From: Octopus sinensis
Taxonomy: Eukaryota
NCBI RefSeq assembly: GCF_006345805.1
Contig: NC_043021.1
Span: 10,664,001 to 10,728,000, forward strand
DNA length: 64,000 nt
Reading direction: 5' to 3'
A program made the position numbers and the translations under genes. Each line of letters begins with the position of its first letter. Position 1 is the stretch's first letter. The notes beneath the pieces are model-generated. The model was given only the letters and a program-made list of their open reading frames with translations, did not search any database and was not told where the DNA came from. This document shows, one piece after another, positions 26,501 to 39,525 of this stretch.

Positions 26501-27351
26501 AGCCTAAGATATATGGCTTTCCGGTCCTTCACTGTAAAGTTTCCTTGCCCTCAAAGACAAACAACAACAACAACAACAACATCTAAACAGAATAGCCAAG
26601 GACAATGAGAGACATTTTATCGAATCCCATGTGTTAACTATGTAATTTACCTCGAATCACCTACATATGGCACTCTTTATTCTCGTAATCATTCAACCTG
26701 ACAGAAGCAGTAACCAAATCCTCCTCAGACCACACCCCTGTCATCTCGAAGAACCGGGTGCAATGTAGAACGAGTTATATAAAGCTTTCGGCGGGGGAAG
26801 GTCATGGCCGGCACTGTTTTGATCACGGGTTCGAGGGATTACTGCTGACCTGAAGTTAAACATCGACAAGGACTTTTCCTTCTTCCCTACTCCCCAACCC
26901 TGACCCCCACACACCTTATTGGCAAAAGTTGTATTTAGTATTTAGGCCATCATCACAACACCCACCTTCCGTCTCTCTCCCTCTTTGTCTCTGTCTGTCT
27001 GTTTGTCTGTCTGTCTCTCTTTCTCTCGCTCACACACACACACAGGAAGTTCACACTGTATTTTGTAATCTGATGATCATTCTGAAGGTAAAGTGGTGCC
27101 AAACTTAATGGTGCTGTGTAATTATTTTGCACTGGAATGTTTGGTAAATATGAAAATGGCAAGCGAAGCAATGGTCTTTGTTTGTGATGTGGGAGGCTGA
27201 GAGGAGTGATTATGTCAAAGTTATTAAAGAGCAAGTCAGCATCTGGGAGTGTATATGTATGTGTGTGTGTGTTTATATATAAATATATACATATATCATC
27301 ATCATTTAACATTTGTTTGATGATATATGTATGTATATGTGTGTGTGCGTG

Positions 27352-27393
<42 letters not shown>

Positions 27394-28968
27394 TACACAC
27401 ACACACACATACATGTATATAAAGGTATATACATGGCTATGTGGTTAGAAGGTTTGTTTCTTTTGCCCACAAGGTTTTGAGTTTGGTTCCACTTTGCATG
27501 CAGCATCTTGCGTAAGTATCTTTTACTATAATCTCAAGTCAACCGTCTTGTGAGGGAATTGGTAGGTGGAAACTGAAGGAATCCCAATGTATATGTTTGT
27601 GTAATCATCATCATCATTTTACGCCCGTTGTCCACACTGGCATGGGTTGGACTGTTTGACTGGGCTGGCATACTGGAAGGCTTCGCCAGGATCCAGTTTG
27701 ATTTGGCATGGTTTTCTACGGCTGGATGCCCTTCCTAATGCCAACCACTCCGAGAGTCTATTGGGTGTTTTTACATGCCACCGGCATGGGTGCCATTAGG
27801 GTGACACTGCTATCTGCCATGACTGCGATTTTGCTCAGTTTGATGGGTCGTCTTCTCAAGCAGGACATAATGCCAAAGGTCTTGGTCATTGCCTTCATAA
27901 GGCTCAACACTTGAAAAGAACTTGGTCACTTTCTTGAAAGGAATACTTGAAAGTAACTCAGCCACCTTGCCTCTGTGAGGGCCAACACTCAAAGGGAACT
28001 CAGCCACTTGCCATCATGAGGCATATAAAAGAATATATATATATAGGCTTAAGTGTGGTAAGAGGTTTGTTTCCCGATCACATAGGCACCGTTTTCTACT
28101 ATAACCCTGGGTCAAACAGTCATGTGAGTGCATTTGGTTGGAAACTGAAAGAAGCCTGGTTTATATTTGTGTGTGTGTGTGTGTGTATATATATATAGAT
28201 ACACACACACACACACATATGTATTTGTGTCTGTTCCCCCACTGCTTAAAAAATAATGTTGGTTCATGTCCCTGTAACTTAGTGACCAACAGAGTAAGCA
28301 CCAGACTTCAGTAAAAAAAAATCTGGGGTCAATTTGTTCTGCTAAACCCCCTAAAGGCAACGCCCCAGTGTGGTTGCATTCTAATCAACGTTGAATAAAA
28401 CATATTTGTATAAAGTTTTATTTAACACATTCAAGTGTATTTGGACTTGGGAAGACCTTTCACTGCAGAAGTGGCCTTGGAGAAGATTCTTCTGGGCAAT
28501 GTGTTGAAACACTGGGCTATGAATGATGTTATTGGAATGTAAATTCATCACCTCAGTGTATCTGAGCATTTATCATTTAATATGACTTCCCTTTTCATGA
28601 GATAGTACATTGTTGTTTGACTGCATTTTCTTGCAGCTGTGATGACCACATAGCAGCCCATATGTGTTGTGTGGTTTATGGACTTGATTCATTTCACGGT
28701 TTCTGATTGTATGATATGGCTAATTATTGTTGGGAACTAACTTTCAACTACATCCTCTGGAGGAAATGAATAAAATACGAAAACTTGATGATTGGTGGTG
28801 GGAGGTGGCGAACAGGAACTTCAAGATTTGCAGATGGTTTCATTTAGAATATATCTAATTGTGTCTGTGGTAGCTTAGTAGTTAAACTATTAAGCCAGCA
28901 ACATTTCGACTGAACTAGTTGATAGATTACACTTCTGTCCTTAAGTCAGCACTGACTGAATGGTCCAA

Positions 28969-29348
28969 CAGTGTTACACTGCCAAAATTGTGACTGGTTA
29001 TACAGTGTTACACTGCCAAAATTGTGACTGGTTATACAGTGTTACACTGCCAAAATTGTGACTGGTTACACTGTTACACTGCCAAAATTGTGACTGGTTA
29101 TACAGTGTTACACTGCCAAAATTGTGACTAGTTACACTGTGTTACACTGCCAAAATTGTGACTGGTTACACTGTGTTACACTGCCAAAATTGTGACTGGT
29201 TACACTGTGTTACACTGCCAAAATTGTGACTGGTTACACAGTTACACTGCCAAAATTGTGACTGGTTACACAGTTACACTGCCAAAATTGTGACTGGTTA
29301 CACTGTTACACTGCCAAAATTGTGACTGGTTACATTGTGTTACACTGC
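28969..29348. repeat. 32-34-bp minisatellite, 11 copies plus a partial
   Basis: Invariant core ttacactgccaaaattgtgact at 28981, 29015, 29049, 29081, 29115, 29149, 29183, 29217, 29249, 29281 and 29313 (gcc positions). Confidence 0.96.
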
Positions 29349-29384
29349 TAAGTTTTTGTCCACTCTAACTGCATAAGATCATCA

Positions 29385-29670
29385 TCAACATTTATTGTCA
29401 TTTTTCCATGCTGGCATGGGTCGGACAGCTGGACAGGATCTGGCAAGCCAGGGACTGCACCAGGTTTCATGGTCAGTTTTGGCTTGGTTTCTATGGCTGG
29501 ATGTCCTTCCTAACACCAATCACTCTACAGTGTGTACTATGTGTCTTTTATGTGGCACCATCACCAGTGCTTTTTATGTGGCACCATCACCAGTGTTTTT
29601 TATGTGGCACCGGCACCAGTGCATTTTATGTGGGACCGGGCATGCACACCAATGCATTTTACATAGCACT
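29385..29670 (-). mobile_element. Diverged family C copy with a spacerless module array
   Basis: ggatgtccttcctaacaccaa followed by tandem ttttatgtggcaccatcaccagtg. Confidence 0.65.
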
Positions 29671-30257
29671 TCAGTTTTAGGATCTCAATTCTATTGTGGT
29701 GGGTCATTTCAAGCATAGCAATGTGCCACACGTCTGGGCTCTCTGTCATCCCCTTGCTTTATGGGTCATCCTCTCAAGCAGGACATAATGCCAAAATTCT
29801 TGGTTGTTGCCTTTGTAAGGCTCAGTACTCAAAAGGAACTTGGCCACTTTGCTCCCATGGGGCCCAATAATTCGAAAGGAACTCAGCCACTTGCTTCCAT
29901 GAGGTCAAATGCTCAAAGGATCAGTGTTTTGAGATCAGCCTTCAGTATGTCGTCCCATGTCCCCCTCTTCAACAACTTCTTTCCTCTGCAAGTGATTGGC
30001 ACTTCATTATGCAACTGTCCTCATCCATCCACATCACATTACCAAACCAGTGCAATCTCCTCTCTTACTGTATATAATTCCTCCTACGCTCAGTGTCTCT
30101 CAATTCACCAATTCTCTGTTGCACATGCACACTGACATCACACACCCTGCAGAGCATACTAGCATTCTTCCTCTCCAGCCATTGCATGTCCTTCACATTC
30201 AGGGCCCATGTCTCACTACCATGCAATATTGCACTTCATACTCTTTCTCTTGTGCCT

Positions 30258-30486
30258 AAAGGCGGCGAGCTGGCAGAGTCGCCAGCAAGTCGGGCGAAAT
30301 GCTAAGTGGTATTTCGTCTGCTGCTACGTTCTGAGTTCAAATTCCGCCGTGATTGACTTTGCCTTCCATCCTTTCGGGGTCGGTAAATTAAGTACCAGTT
30401 ACGCACTGGGGTCGATGTAATCGACTTAATCCCTTTGTCTGTCCTAGTTTGTCCCCTCTATGTTTAGCCCCTTGTGGGTAGTAAAG

Positions 30487-30490
<4 letters not shown>
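30258..30490 (+). mobile_element. SINE family A, full length
   Basis: aaaggcggcgagctggcag ... gtaaagaaata followed by (TA)n. Confidence 0.9.
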
Positions 30491-30562
<72 letters not shown>

Positions 30563-30580
30563 TATATATATACATACATA

Positions 30581-30791
30581 CAGGGTGGCCCAAAAGTAGG
30601 TTTACAGTAATTCAACTATCTCTTTTGCATTCCTATATTAGCAGTTTAGATCTTAATTATAAAAACTATGAAACCCTTATTCTATGCTAATTTAGTTAAT
30701 TGTAAGATAGAAATTTAAATGTAATAAAATGTTTTAAAAGAAATTTCAAATGACTACATGATAACTGTAAGCCTACTTTTGGGCCACCCTG
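30581..30791. mobile_element. Tc1/mariner-type MITE, 211 bp, TA TSD
   Basis: 28-bp TIRs CAGGGTGGCCCAAAAGTAGG(T/C)TTACAGT with 1 mismatch; TA at 30579-30580 and 30792-30793. Confidence 0.92.
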
Positions 30792-30801
30792 TATGTATGT
30801 A

Positions 30802-30845
<44 letters not shown>

Positions 30846-30871
30846 CGTATATATATATCTATATATATATT

Positions 30872-30904
<33 letters not shown>

Positions 30905-32424
30905 ATATATACATGTAAATATATGTGTATGTGTATATTTAGATGTGTGTATATATATATGTATATATGTGTGTGTATATATATATATATATGTATAGAT
31001 TATGTGTATATATATGTGTGTATATTTGTGTGTGTGTGTATATATATATATATGTGTGTGTGTGTATATATGTGTGTGTGTGTATATATATGTGTGTGTG
31101 TATGTGTGTGTATACACACACACGTGTTTATCTATGTATTACTGATTTCACTGCCAGTGTTGCGTCTACAGTAACCGAGTCAGATAAACTGCATCACACT
31201 GTTATCAGAACATTAGTGGATTTACATTCCCCGAAGCAAACATTTTAATTTGATAATCCAAAGTCTTCAATGTCTTGTGCTGCAGAGGCAACGACAAACC
31301 TATGTAAAACAATCAACATCAACACACAAAAAAAACGTATATTTTGTATTGTAATTTTTCTCACCACACCACCCTCACGAAAAAACGCATTTGTGTTAGA
31401 TTATTTGAATAACCATTTAGTCATGTTGTATCTCAGGTTATATAGTTTATCGTAGTATTAATATATTTAATATATAATATAATAAACAGAGAATTGGTAA
31501 TTCAACATCCGTTTGTAATCATACGATCTTGTTTGTTTGTGTGTGTGTGTGTGTGTGTGTACGTACATCTGTCCCCATTAAATAAAATTCACGTGGAATG
31601 CAATATGCGTCCCACCTCCCAGCCTCATTTGTACCAGTCTTTAACAGTGTGGGAGTGGGTTCGGTGTGGTGGTGGTGGTGGTGGTGGTGGTGGTGGTGGG
31701 GAGATGTTCGACAAGGTGGATGAAATTTTGGGAGAGGCGGGTGGGGAGTTGGGGGGGGGCAGAACGTTATATAACACACATCCATTACGTGAAACATTTT
31801 TTTAGTTTCCACCAAACAACCTTCAATGAAAATGTTTAGTGGAGGATGTTGTGCTTGAGGTGGGTGGGACAGAGGGTGGGGCTCGGAATGGTTTAAAGCA
31901 GAAGCCCCTCAAGAAGGAAGCGTAGGGGTTTGGCGCTTGGTTTAGACGGAAGAAATACAGTAAACAAACAGTGGTAGGTTGTTTTATTTATTTTTTATTT
32001 TTTTGCTGTCCTTGATCCTTTCAAGCACTTTGCAAATTCTCAAGAAAGTGAGGAAAAGTGAACCTTCAAGAGGGCACATCCATCCGTATAGATGTGTGTG
32101 TGGGTGTTTGTGTACCAGTTGTTGTTTAATCTAGGTGTTCTCAATCCTCAGGTCGCAGACAAGCCAACCCCTGTACTTATTTCTTAAGTTATGGGATCTT
32201 AAAAATTGGCACCAGTTGCTAAGCAGTGATGGGGGAATAAGCATACGCACGCAATTTATTTTTTTCCCATTATCTCTATGAAATCCACTCACAAGACTTT
32301 TGTTGGCCTAGAGTTAAAGTAGATGGCACTTGCTCAAGGTGCCGCACAATGGGACTGAACCCAAGACCACATGGTTGGGAAGCATGTTTCTTAACCACAC
32401 AGCCACACCTGTGCCTATAATGCA

Positions 32425-32645
32425 CATCATCATCATCATCATCGTTTAACGTCCGTTTTCCATACTAGCATGGGTTGGACGGTTTGACCGGGGTCTGGGA
32501 AGCCAGGAGGCAGCACCAGGCTCCAGTCTGATCTGGCAGTGTTTCTACAGCTGGATGCCCTTCCTAACACCAACCACTCCGTGAGCGTAGTGGGTACATT
32601 TTACGTGCCACCAGCACAGGTACCAGGGGAGGCTGGCAGCGGCCA
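32425..32645 (-). mobile_element. SINE family C
   Basis: (CAT)n cgtttaacgtccg ... ggatgcccttcctaac. Confidence 0.85.
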
Positions 32646-32778
32646 CCAAAACCCCTAATCTCTAAAGCATGAAGTAGTCAGTTGTCCTTCCATTGTCCAC
32701 CTTATACACCATAGCCATGACCATGTAATTCTATGATTCAAGTTTTATTTATTGAAATATCGCTTTCTCTCATTGTAG

Positions 32779-32931
32779 GCGCTGGTTTGCCATTCAAGAC
32801 AATCAGTTGGTTTATCGGAAACGCTCCAAAGACAGCCAGACCATAATGGAAGAAGACCTACGCTTGTGTACCGTGAAACCTGTCTATGAAATTGACCGAC
32901 GTTTCTGCTTTGAAGTTGTCTCCCCTGCAAG
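32779..32931 (+). CDS. ACAP2: ACAP exon B, PH domain (RWFAIQDNQLVYRKRSKDSQTIMEEDLRLCTVKPVYEIDRRFCFEVVSPA-R)
   Basis: Acceptor cattgtag|G, donor AG|gtaagt; 153 nt, phase 2 to 2; DLRLCTVK and RRFCFEVVSP motifs; joins exon A as SWVRRWF across a 22,478-nt intron. Confidence 0.96.
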
Positions 32932-33209
32932 GTAAGTGTGCCCCTCCCCCCACTTCCTTCCTTTATATTCTCTTGATAATCTCTCTGGGATGCTGTTTTT
33001 TTTTTTTTTTTGCTAAGGGTTCTTTTGTTTTACTTATTGAATGTTAATGGCTACCAATCCAAAATGGTGAGTTAGTGAAACAGTTGGTATTTTGAAATGG
33101 AAGTTTTGTGGTTATCTGCTCTGGCTCTTTGAGTTCTGATGGCAAAGGCTGTGGTGATGCTAGTTCCAAACTCTGTCTTGCTTTTGCCTTTCTCTTGGGC
33201 ATAGTCAGT

Positions 33210-33488
33210 GCACCCTCTGATTTTTACCTCTTCCCAGCCATGAAGTTGTTTTTGAAAGGAAAGCGTTTCCCAGATGATGCAGCCTTGATTTCTGAAGTCA
33301 CGTCGTGGTTGGAGGACCAAGCTGGGGTCTTCTACAAAAACGGTCTCCAGAGCTGCATCAAACGATGGGAGAAATGCGTAACTCTGGGTGGTTCCTATGT
33401 AGAAAAAGACTAATAACTGTGCCATGTTTCGTTGCTCTACTGCTATGGGAAGTGGGTCAGGGGCATTACTTATTGAACGCCCCTCGTA
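33210..33488 (+). mobile_element. Mariner transposase 3' fragment with right TIR
   Basis: APSDFYLFPAMKLFLKGKRF...RWEKCVTLGGSYVE* is the mariner C-terminus (after the YSPDL motif). TIR end ttattgaacgcccctcg plus TA. A second cccctcgta follows at 33522. Confidence 0.9.
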
Positions 33489-34494
33489 TGTTATGGCGAA
33501 AGTGTGGATAATTTCTAACTTCCCCTCGTATATTGATTTCAAACTGTAGCACAAGGCCAGCAATTTAGGGGGAAGTGCTAGTTGATTACATCAACCCCAG
33601 TACCCAACTGGTACTTATTTTATTGACCCTGAGAGGATGAAAGGCAAAGTCAGCCTCGGCAGAATTTGAACTTAGAATCTAAAGAAGGATGAAATGCTGC
33701 CAAGCATGCTAACAGTTCTGCCAGCTCACTGTCACTGCCTTAGTGGTATTGTATGTATATATACATTTATATATATTTGAAGTAAAAGGACAGCGGAAGT
33801 GAGGTAGACCGAGGAAAATGTGGAAGGGACATTGAGAAGGGGGGACGCCCAAAATGTATCAAGATGGGTGTGAGGGCAGTTGCTATGGCATTGAGGTAGA
33901 TCCGGCCACCCCTGTTAATGAGGACAAAACCTGAATTCCAAATGATTGATGATGAAGAAGAAGAAATAAATATACAATGTAATAACTATATTTACATTAT
34001 ATATGTAATAATTAGATTATATATTGTGCACTTTATCTCATCTTGCTCATGATCCCCTGGGAAAAATTCTCTTGCACAAAACCAGTTTTGGTGCCAAAAG
34101 AAAGTGGGTGACTGCTGTTACAGACAATAACATCTTGCTAGGATGATAGTGTGCTTTTGGGGTGAAATTTTGGTTGCTATTTTTAGCAGGTTGCAGTGAC
34201 CCTATAGTCATTGGCTTATAGTGCAATGAAACGGTGGGTGAAGTATAGATAAGATGGAGCTGGGGGGCAATGGGGAGATGAGGTGGGTGGGGGTCAAAGT
34301 AAAAGCAAGACAGAGATGGGGTGGTGGTGGTAGGGATGTTTGAGATAATGATGATGATAACAGAAATGATGAGGCAAGCTGGGATGTTGCAGATGATGAA
34401 ATGAACTTGGTGGTGTTGGAAATGGAGGTAGGCCAGGGTAGAATGGTGTTGGTAGGGGAGGCAGGATTGATTGTAGAAAGGCTTCAAGGATTGT

Positions 34495-34620
34495 TGTAGT
34501 AGTAGTAGTAGTGATGGTGGTGGTAGTAGCAGTGGTGGTGGTAGTGATAGTAGTAGTGAGGGTAGTGGTGGTGGTGGTAGTAGTAGTAGTGGTGGTGGTG
34601 GTAGTAGTAGTGATGGTAGT
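34495..34620. repeat. (GGT/AGT)n trinucleotide low-complexity tract
   Basis: Visible directly. Confidence 0.9.
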
Positions 34621-37600
34621 ATTTTTAGTGGACTAGATTTAAGTAACTGAATGTCTGAAGGGCAACTCCTAGGTTTATTACCTTCCGTGATTTTTTTTTT
34701 ACGACCAGTGTTGGTACTTTGGCCTAACTTGAAACCCCATGGCATAGACAACTGTGTACTTAAGAAATTCCCTTTACAAGAATACGGCTTCAGATTCGAT
34801 CCTCTTGTGTGTCAGACATCTGGGACATTTGTCTTTTACTTTTGCCTCAATTTAAACGATGCTCTGCAATTGAGATTTAGTAGAATGAAACTGAATAAAG
34901 TCTGCTGTGTGTGTGTCTATCTGTCTCTCTCTCTCTCTCTCTCTCTCTTTATCCATCTACCTACCTATATATATTGATCAGTGATTTTTGGGCAATTATA
35001 ATCCCCATCAGCATATATGTATACAATTATGTGCTTTGATTTCAGCATCAGAGCATTTTAGCTCTTATTTCTAGCCATGTAGGTGTTTCTAACACCCTGG
35101 TCATATTTAGTGACAATTATAGTTTTCCTTTTTGGCAGAAGTGCTTGTCTCCCCTTTGCAAACATAAGGACACAGGAAATGTGTCAAGGCCGACAGGAAG
35201 CGTTGCTGCTTCCTAGGGCTAAATAGCAGTAGCATGATTCCCTTCATGGGACTGTCACATTAAGTTGACAGTATACAACTACTTTATCGTACCACTATAT
35301 ATAAAATATAGACAGCAATCCGTAATAGAAATAGTACATTTCTAAATATCTCAGAGAGATTTATGCAGTAGTGGTACGATAAAGTAGTTTTGTAGACTTG
35401 CCATACTGGTGCCATATTTCAGTCCCACATTATTGCTATTATAATATTTGTTGCTTTATTTTTTCACTTGATTGTTGTCGTAATATTACACATGCGGTTC
35501 CCTTAAAGAATTACTTAGGTGTTACTCTTGCCATAAAGAGTGAAAGGTGCTTAAGAGAGAGGGGGGTGTTGATCACTTTATTAGTTGCAAAGCCTTTTTC
35601 AACTAACATACATGGCCAATGCCGGGTAAGCCTCCCAAATCCACTCATAAGGCTTTGGTCGTCTTGAAGCTTTTGTAGAAGATACTTGGTCCTGGTGCCA
35701 TGCAGTGGGACTGAACCTGGAACCATGTGGATGGGAAGCAAGCTTCTTACTACACAGCCATGCCTAAAGAGAGAGAGGGGGGAAGGGAGAGAAGCTAAAG
35801 AGCTGATTGCTGTATGGAAAGTGAAAGTACACTTAGGTCCTGATTCTGCTATTACATACATGCCCCCTCTTTAACTGTGGATTTCGTATCAATATTGCTA
35901 GTAGAGGACGTAAAGAGAGGTAATATCCTTGGGTATTGCTATCACATAGCCTCTCCAAAATGGCCATCACAACTGCCACTATCTTCCAATATGCTACATC
36001 GCAACAAACCAGTAAGGAAGCCTTTCTGTGGTTACTCGATATGCTTTAAATAACAGCTGAATCACCTCCAGATCACACCCTACAATTCTTCCCCCCCCCC
36101 AAAAAAAATGACATTTTGGATAATGTTCCTTGCACATAGAGAAAAAGATGGGATGGGCATTGCTGGAATGCCATTGATCATAGGTCTATTCAGTTAGCTC
36201 TGACCTTGGTTAAGCAACAACACTAAGGCAAGAGTTGTCTCTGTATGATCATTCGTCACTGGTAGAAATAGAAGCCAAATACCCTCATTGTACCCTGTTG
36301 TCTTCAAAACAAAATGTAAGGTCACATTGAATAATGTTGTCTTAGGTTTCTTGTGCCATGTAAAGAACAGGCAGGATAGTCAAGGTTGGAAAAATTTTGA
36401 ATGCAGGTCAAAAGGGGTCAAGGTTGTCTTGAATTTAAAGAACACTATCAACTACTACTACTACTACCACCAACAACAACAGCCGTTCAAGAATTTAGAC
36501 CTGGAGATCTCCATTTCCAGTGACTTCGAGGGCCACCTCCCAGTGGTGTCGGGTGTCAACGAAGAGCCCTCGACTACAACAAGACGTCCAAAGTTTGTTT
36601 TTTTTTCCCCAAGGTCTGGGGTCTCCCGACCCTAAGCCCTAGACCATCACCTAATCACCCTTACCCGGCTTGTTGCTTAACAACAACAACACAACCACCA
36701 CCACCACCAGCAACAACAACCACCACTACTACCAAACATCACTGCCACCATTACCAACACTGCTGCTGCCGCCACCGCCAGACCAGATGGTAATCTGACA
36801 CCATTCCTCCATAATTGCCCCCCCCCTCCACACCCCAGCAGACATCATGTCCTGTTTTCCCCTCTGAGATAACATTTTAATGGAACCATCTGTGTTCTTT
36901 TAGCATTGATAGATTTCCTTCTGTCTGCTGCTGCTGCTGCTCTTGTTGTTGGCGCTGTCATTACTGACACTGCTCCCGCTGCTGCAGATGATGATGCTGC
37001 TGCAGTTGTTGTTGTTGTTGCCATCATTGCAGTCGTTGGTTTCCTCTTTGGGCTGAAGTTCTGAGAAGGAAAAAAAAAAAAAAGCTTCTTGAGTCAGCAA
37101 ATTCTTTGCGGGTGTGATGTATAAGGAACAACACACTATGGTATTGGTACTTACTAATTGGCGGTCATTAGTGTTACAAAGAATGCCTTGCGCTATTCAT
37201 TCCAACTTTTGGCACCTTGAGTTCAAATCCCACCAAGGCCAACTATGCACTTCATCCTTTTTGGCGGGGATGGGGGTTGACTTATAATGTACCAGTGTCC
37301 GGAATGGTAAATTGGCAGAACTGTTAGAAAGATGGGTCAGATGTGTGGCTTAGGTGCCGGCATGGCCACTAGTGTAAGTGTGGTCAAGAGTGCTGGTGTG
37401 GGTGCCTGATAAGAAGTCTGCTTTCCAACTACATGGTTTCAGGTTCAGTTCCACTGTGGTCCCTTGGGCAAATGTTTTATTTTATAGCCCTGGGCCAACC
37501 AATGCCTTGTGAGTGAATTTGGTAGGTGGAAGCTGAAAGAAGACGTACGTACGTACGTATGTATGTATGTATGTAAGAAAGAATTAGGAAGAGGCTTAGA

Positions 37601-38531
37601 AGGAGGGAACCTGTGCAAGGGAGAGAGTGTTGCTTTTTGTGTGTGTGGTTTGTGGGAGGAGGGGCTTGAGTTGTGCAGGTCTGGTGAGCCATCAAAAATC
37701 TCACCCATGATTTCGACCCATGATAAACAGTGATGTGGCTATTAAAATTCACAACAGGACATGTGTAAAATGTGGAAGGGTGTGCCTCTCAGCTGGAGGT
37801 CTGAAAAGACTTGTTAAGAGAGTGCATAAGGTGGCACCTGTTTCTCCTGCCTGCCAGCCAGCACAGTTGTCCAGTATGTAATAAAATGTGTAAAAGTTTG
37901 GCTGGGCTTAAAGTCATATAAGGGCATCACATGGCATCAATAGTGAATCATTTCAGTAAGTCTTTTTGGCAAAGGCTTTTCTTGTGTAATGAGGGTGCAG
38001 CTATGATGCATGTATGCATATCATATATAATTAATTAATAAATAAATAAGTCTGAAAGAGGTGGGCTTCTGTTGGAGGCCCGTGAAACTTTGTCACATGA
38101 AGTCAAACCAAACTGTTTTAAATGTATCATCATCTTTGTTTAACATCCACCTTTCATGCTGGCATGGATTGGATGGTTTGACAGGAGTCAGCCAGCCAGG
38201 CAAGGAGCCGGCCAGGCAAGGAGCCGGCCAGGCAGAAGCCTGCATCAGACATCTATGTGTTTTGGACAGGGGGGGGGGGTTACCTTTCCTAATACCAACC
38301 ACCTGGCAGAGTGGACTGAGTGCTTTTTAAAAAAATCTGTGTGTGTGCATTGAAGGTAGGAAAAGTTGTTGGCCTTTCAGAAATAGTTTTTGAAGTTGCT
38401 TCGAATAAAGGCAGTACTCCAGCATGACTGCGGTCAAATGACTGAAACGGGTAAAAGAATATATATATATGTATGAAAGAAAGAATTTTTCTAAATCACA
38501 ATAACTTCTATTCAACTCTTTCTCCTTGCAG

Positions 38532-38640
38532 GAATCACATTCTACAGGCAGACTCTGAACATTTGTGCCAGAAGTGGATCAGCGCCATTCAAGCTGGAGT
38601 TTCCAAAGCTTACAGTTCTGAGAGTAATCAAACCGATGAA
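38532..38640 (+). CDS. ACAP2: ACAP exon C, end of PH domain (NHILQADSEHLCQKWISAIQAGVSKAYSSESNQTDE)
   Basis: Acceptor ccttgcag|G, donor GAA|gtaagg; 109 nt, phase 2 to 0; LQADSE...W PH terminal helix. Confidence 0.94.
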
Positions 38641-39298
38641 GTAAGGACCTTTGTTCATCATTACTGTTGTTAGAAGAGTGGAAGGGTTGAGTCAGTAAAA
38701 GGGCTGAGCTTGTTATGGTGGAACAGTTGGTAAAGTACTGGATGAGATGTTTTTGCAACACTTAAGTGCACTTACATTCTGAGTTCAAATCCTGTCCTTG
38801 ATTTAACTTTGCTTTTCATATCTTTTTTTTTTCATAAGACTGTTTCCTTATCTTTTCTTTCTTTTTTTTTATCTTTCATCTTTTACTTGTTTCAGTCATT
38901 TGACTACAGCCATGCTGGGGCACCACCTTGAAGGGTTTTAGTCAAAGGACTCCACCCAGGACTTATTTCATTTTTAAGCCTGGCACTTATTCTATCAGTC
39001 ACTTTTGCTGAACTGCTAGGTTATGGGGATGTAAAAATAACAACTCCAGTTGCCAAGTAGTGATGGAAGAGACACACACAGAAATATAGCCCAGACGAGT
39101 AATAATGATGATGGTTCTGGGTTCAGTCCCTGGGCGTGGCACCTTGGGCAAGTGTATTCTACTATAGCCTCAGGCTGACCAAAGTCTTGTGAGTGGATTT
39201 GGTAGACGGAAACTGAAAGAAGCTTGTCATATCATCATCATCATCATCATAATTTAACGTCCACCTTCCATGCTGGCATGGGTGGGACAATACACACA

Positions 39299-39525
39299 CA
39301 CAAGGGGATGCAGAAAAGTTCCTGGCTTTCTAAGGGTATTATGAAAGGCTTGATTGAAGGCCCAACCTTCTGAGTTCTTTTTTCAAGGCTTAGAAAAAAT
39401 TGAAGCACCATTGCAGTAAGTGTGTGAATCTGAGAGGGGGTATATGTTCAATAAAAATCATAATTAACTGATCCTCCTGTATTTTCTTTTATCCAAAGCC
39501 AGGTACTTTTCAGCAAACCCTTGTA
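39299..39525 (+). mobile_element. Mariner-derived MITE
   Basis: TIRs caaggggatgcagaaaagttcctggctt / aagccaggtacttttcagcaaacccttg; internal remnant GLEK..KCVNLRG like a transposase C-terminus; partial relative at 45444-45530. Confidence 0.8.

Noticed and set aside
28969-29348. CRISPR-like array (about 34-bp palindromic repeats)
   Set aside because: Units are directly adjacent with no unique spacers, there are no cas genes, and the context is a eukaryotic intron.
33108-33209. N-terminal part of the 101-aa ORF as transposase
   Set aside because: Mariner similarity begins only at APSDF (33210); the upstream codons are unrelated, so this is not an intact transposase.
34047-34751. 234-aa minus-strand P/L-rich ORF
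   Set aside because: Driven by (GGT/AGT)n and (GAT)n low-complexity sequence; no domain or splice support.
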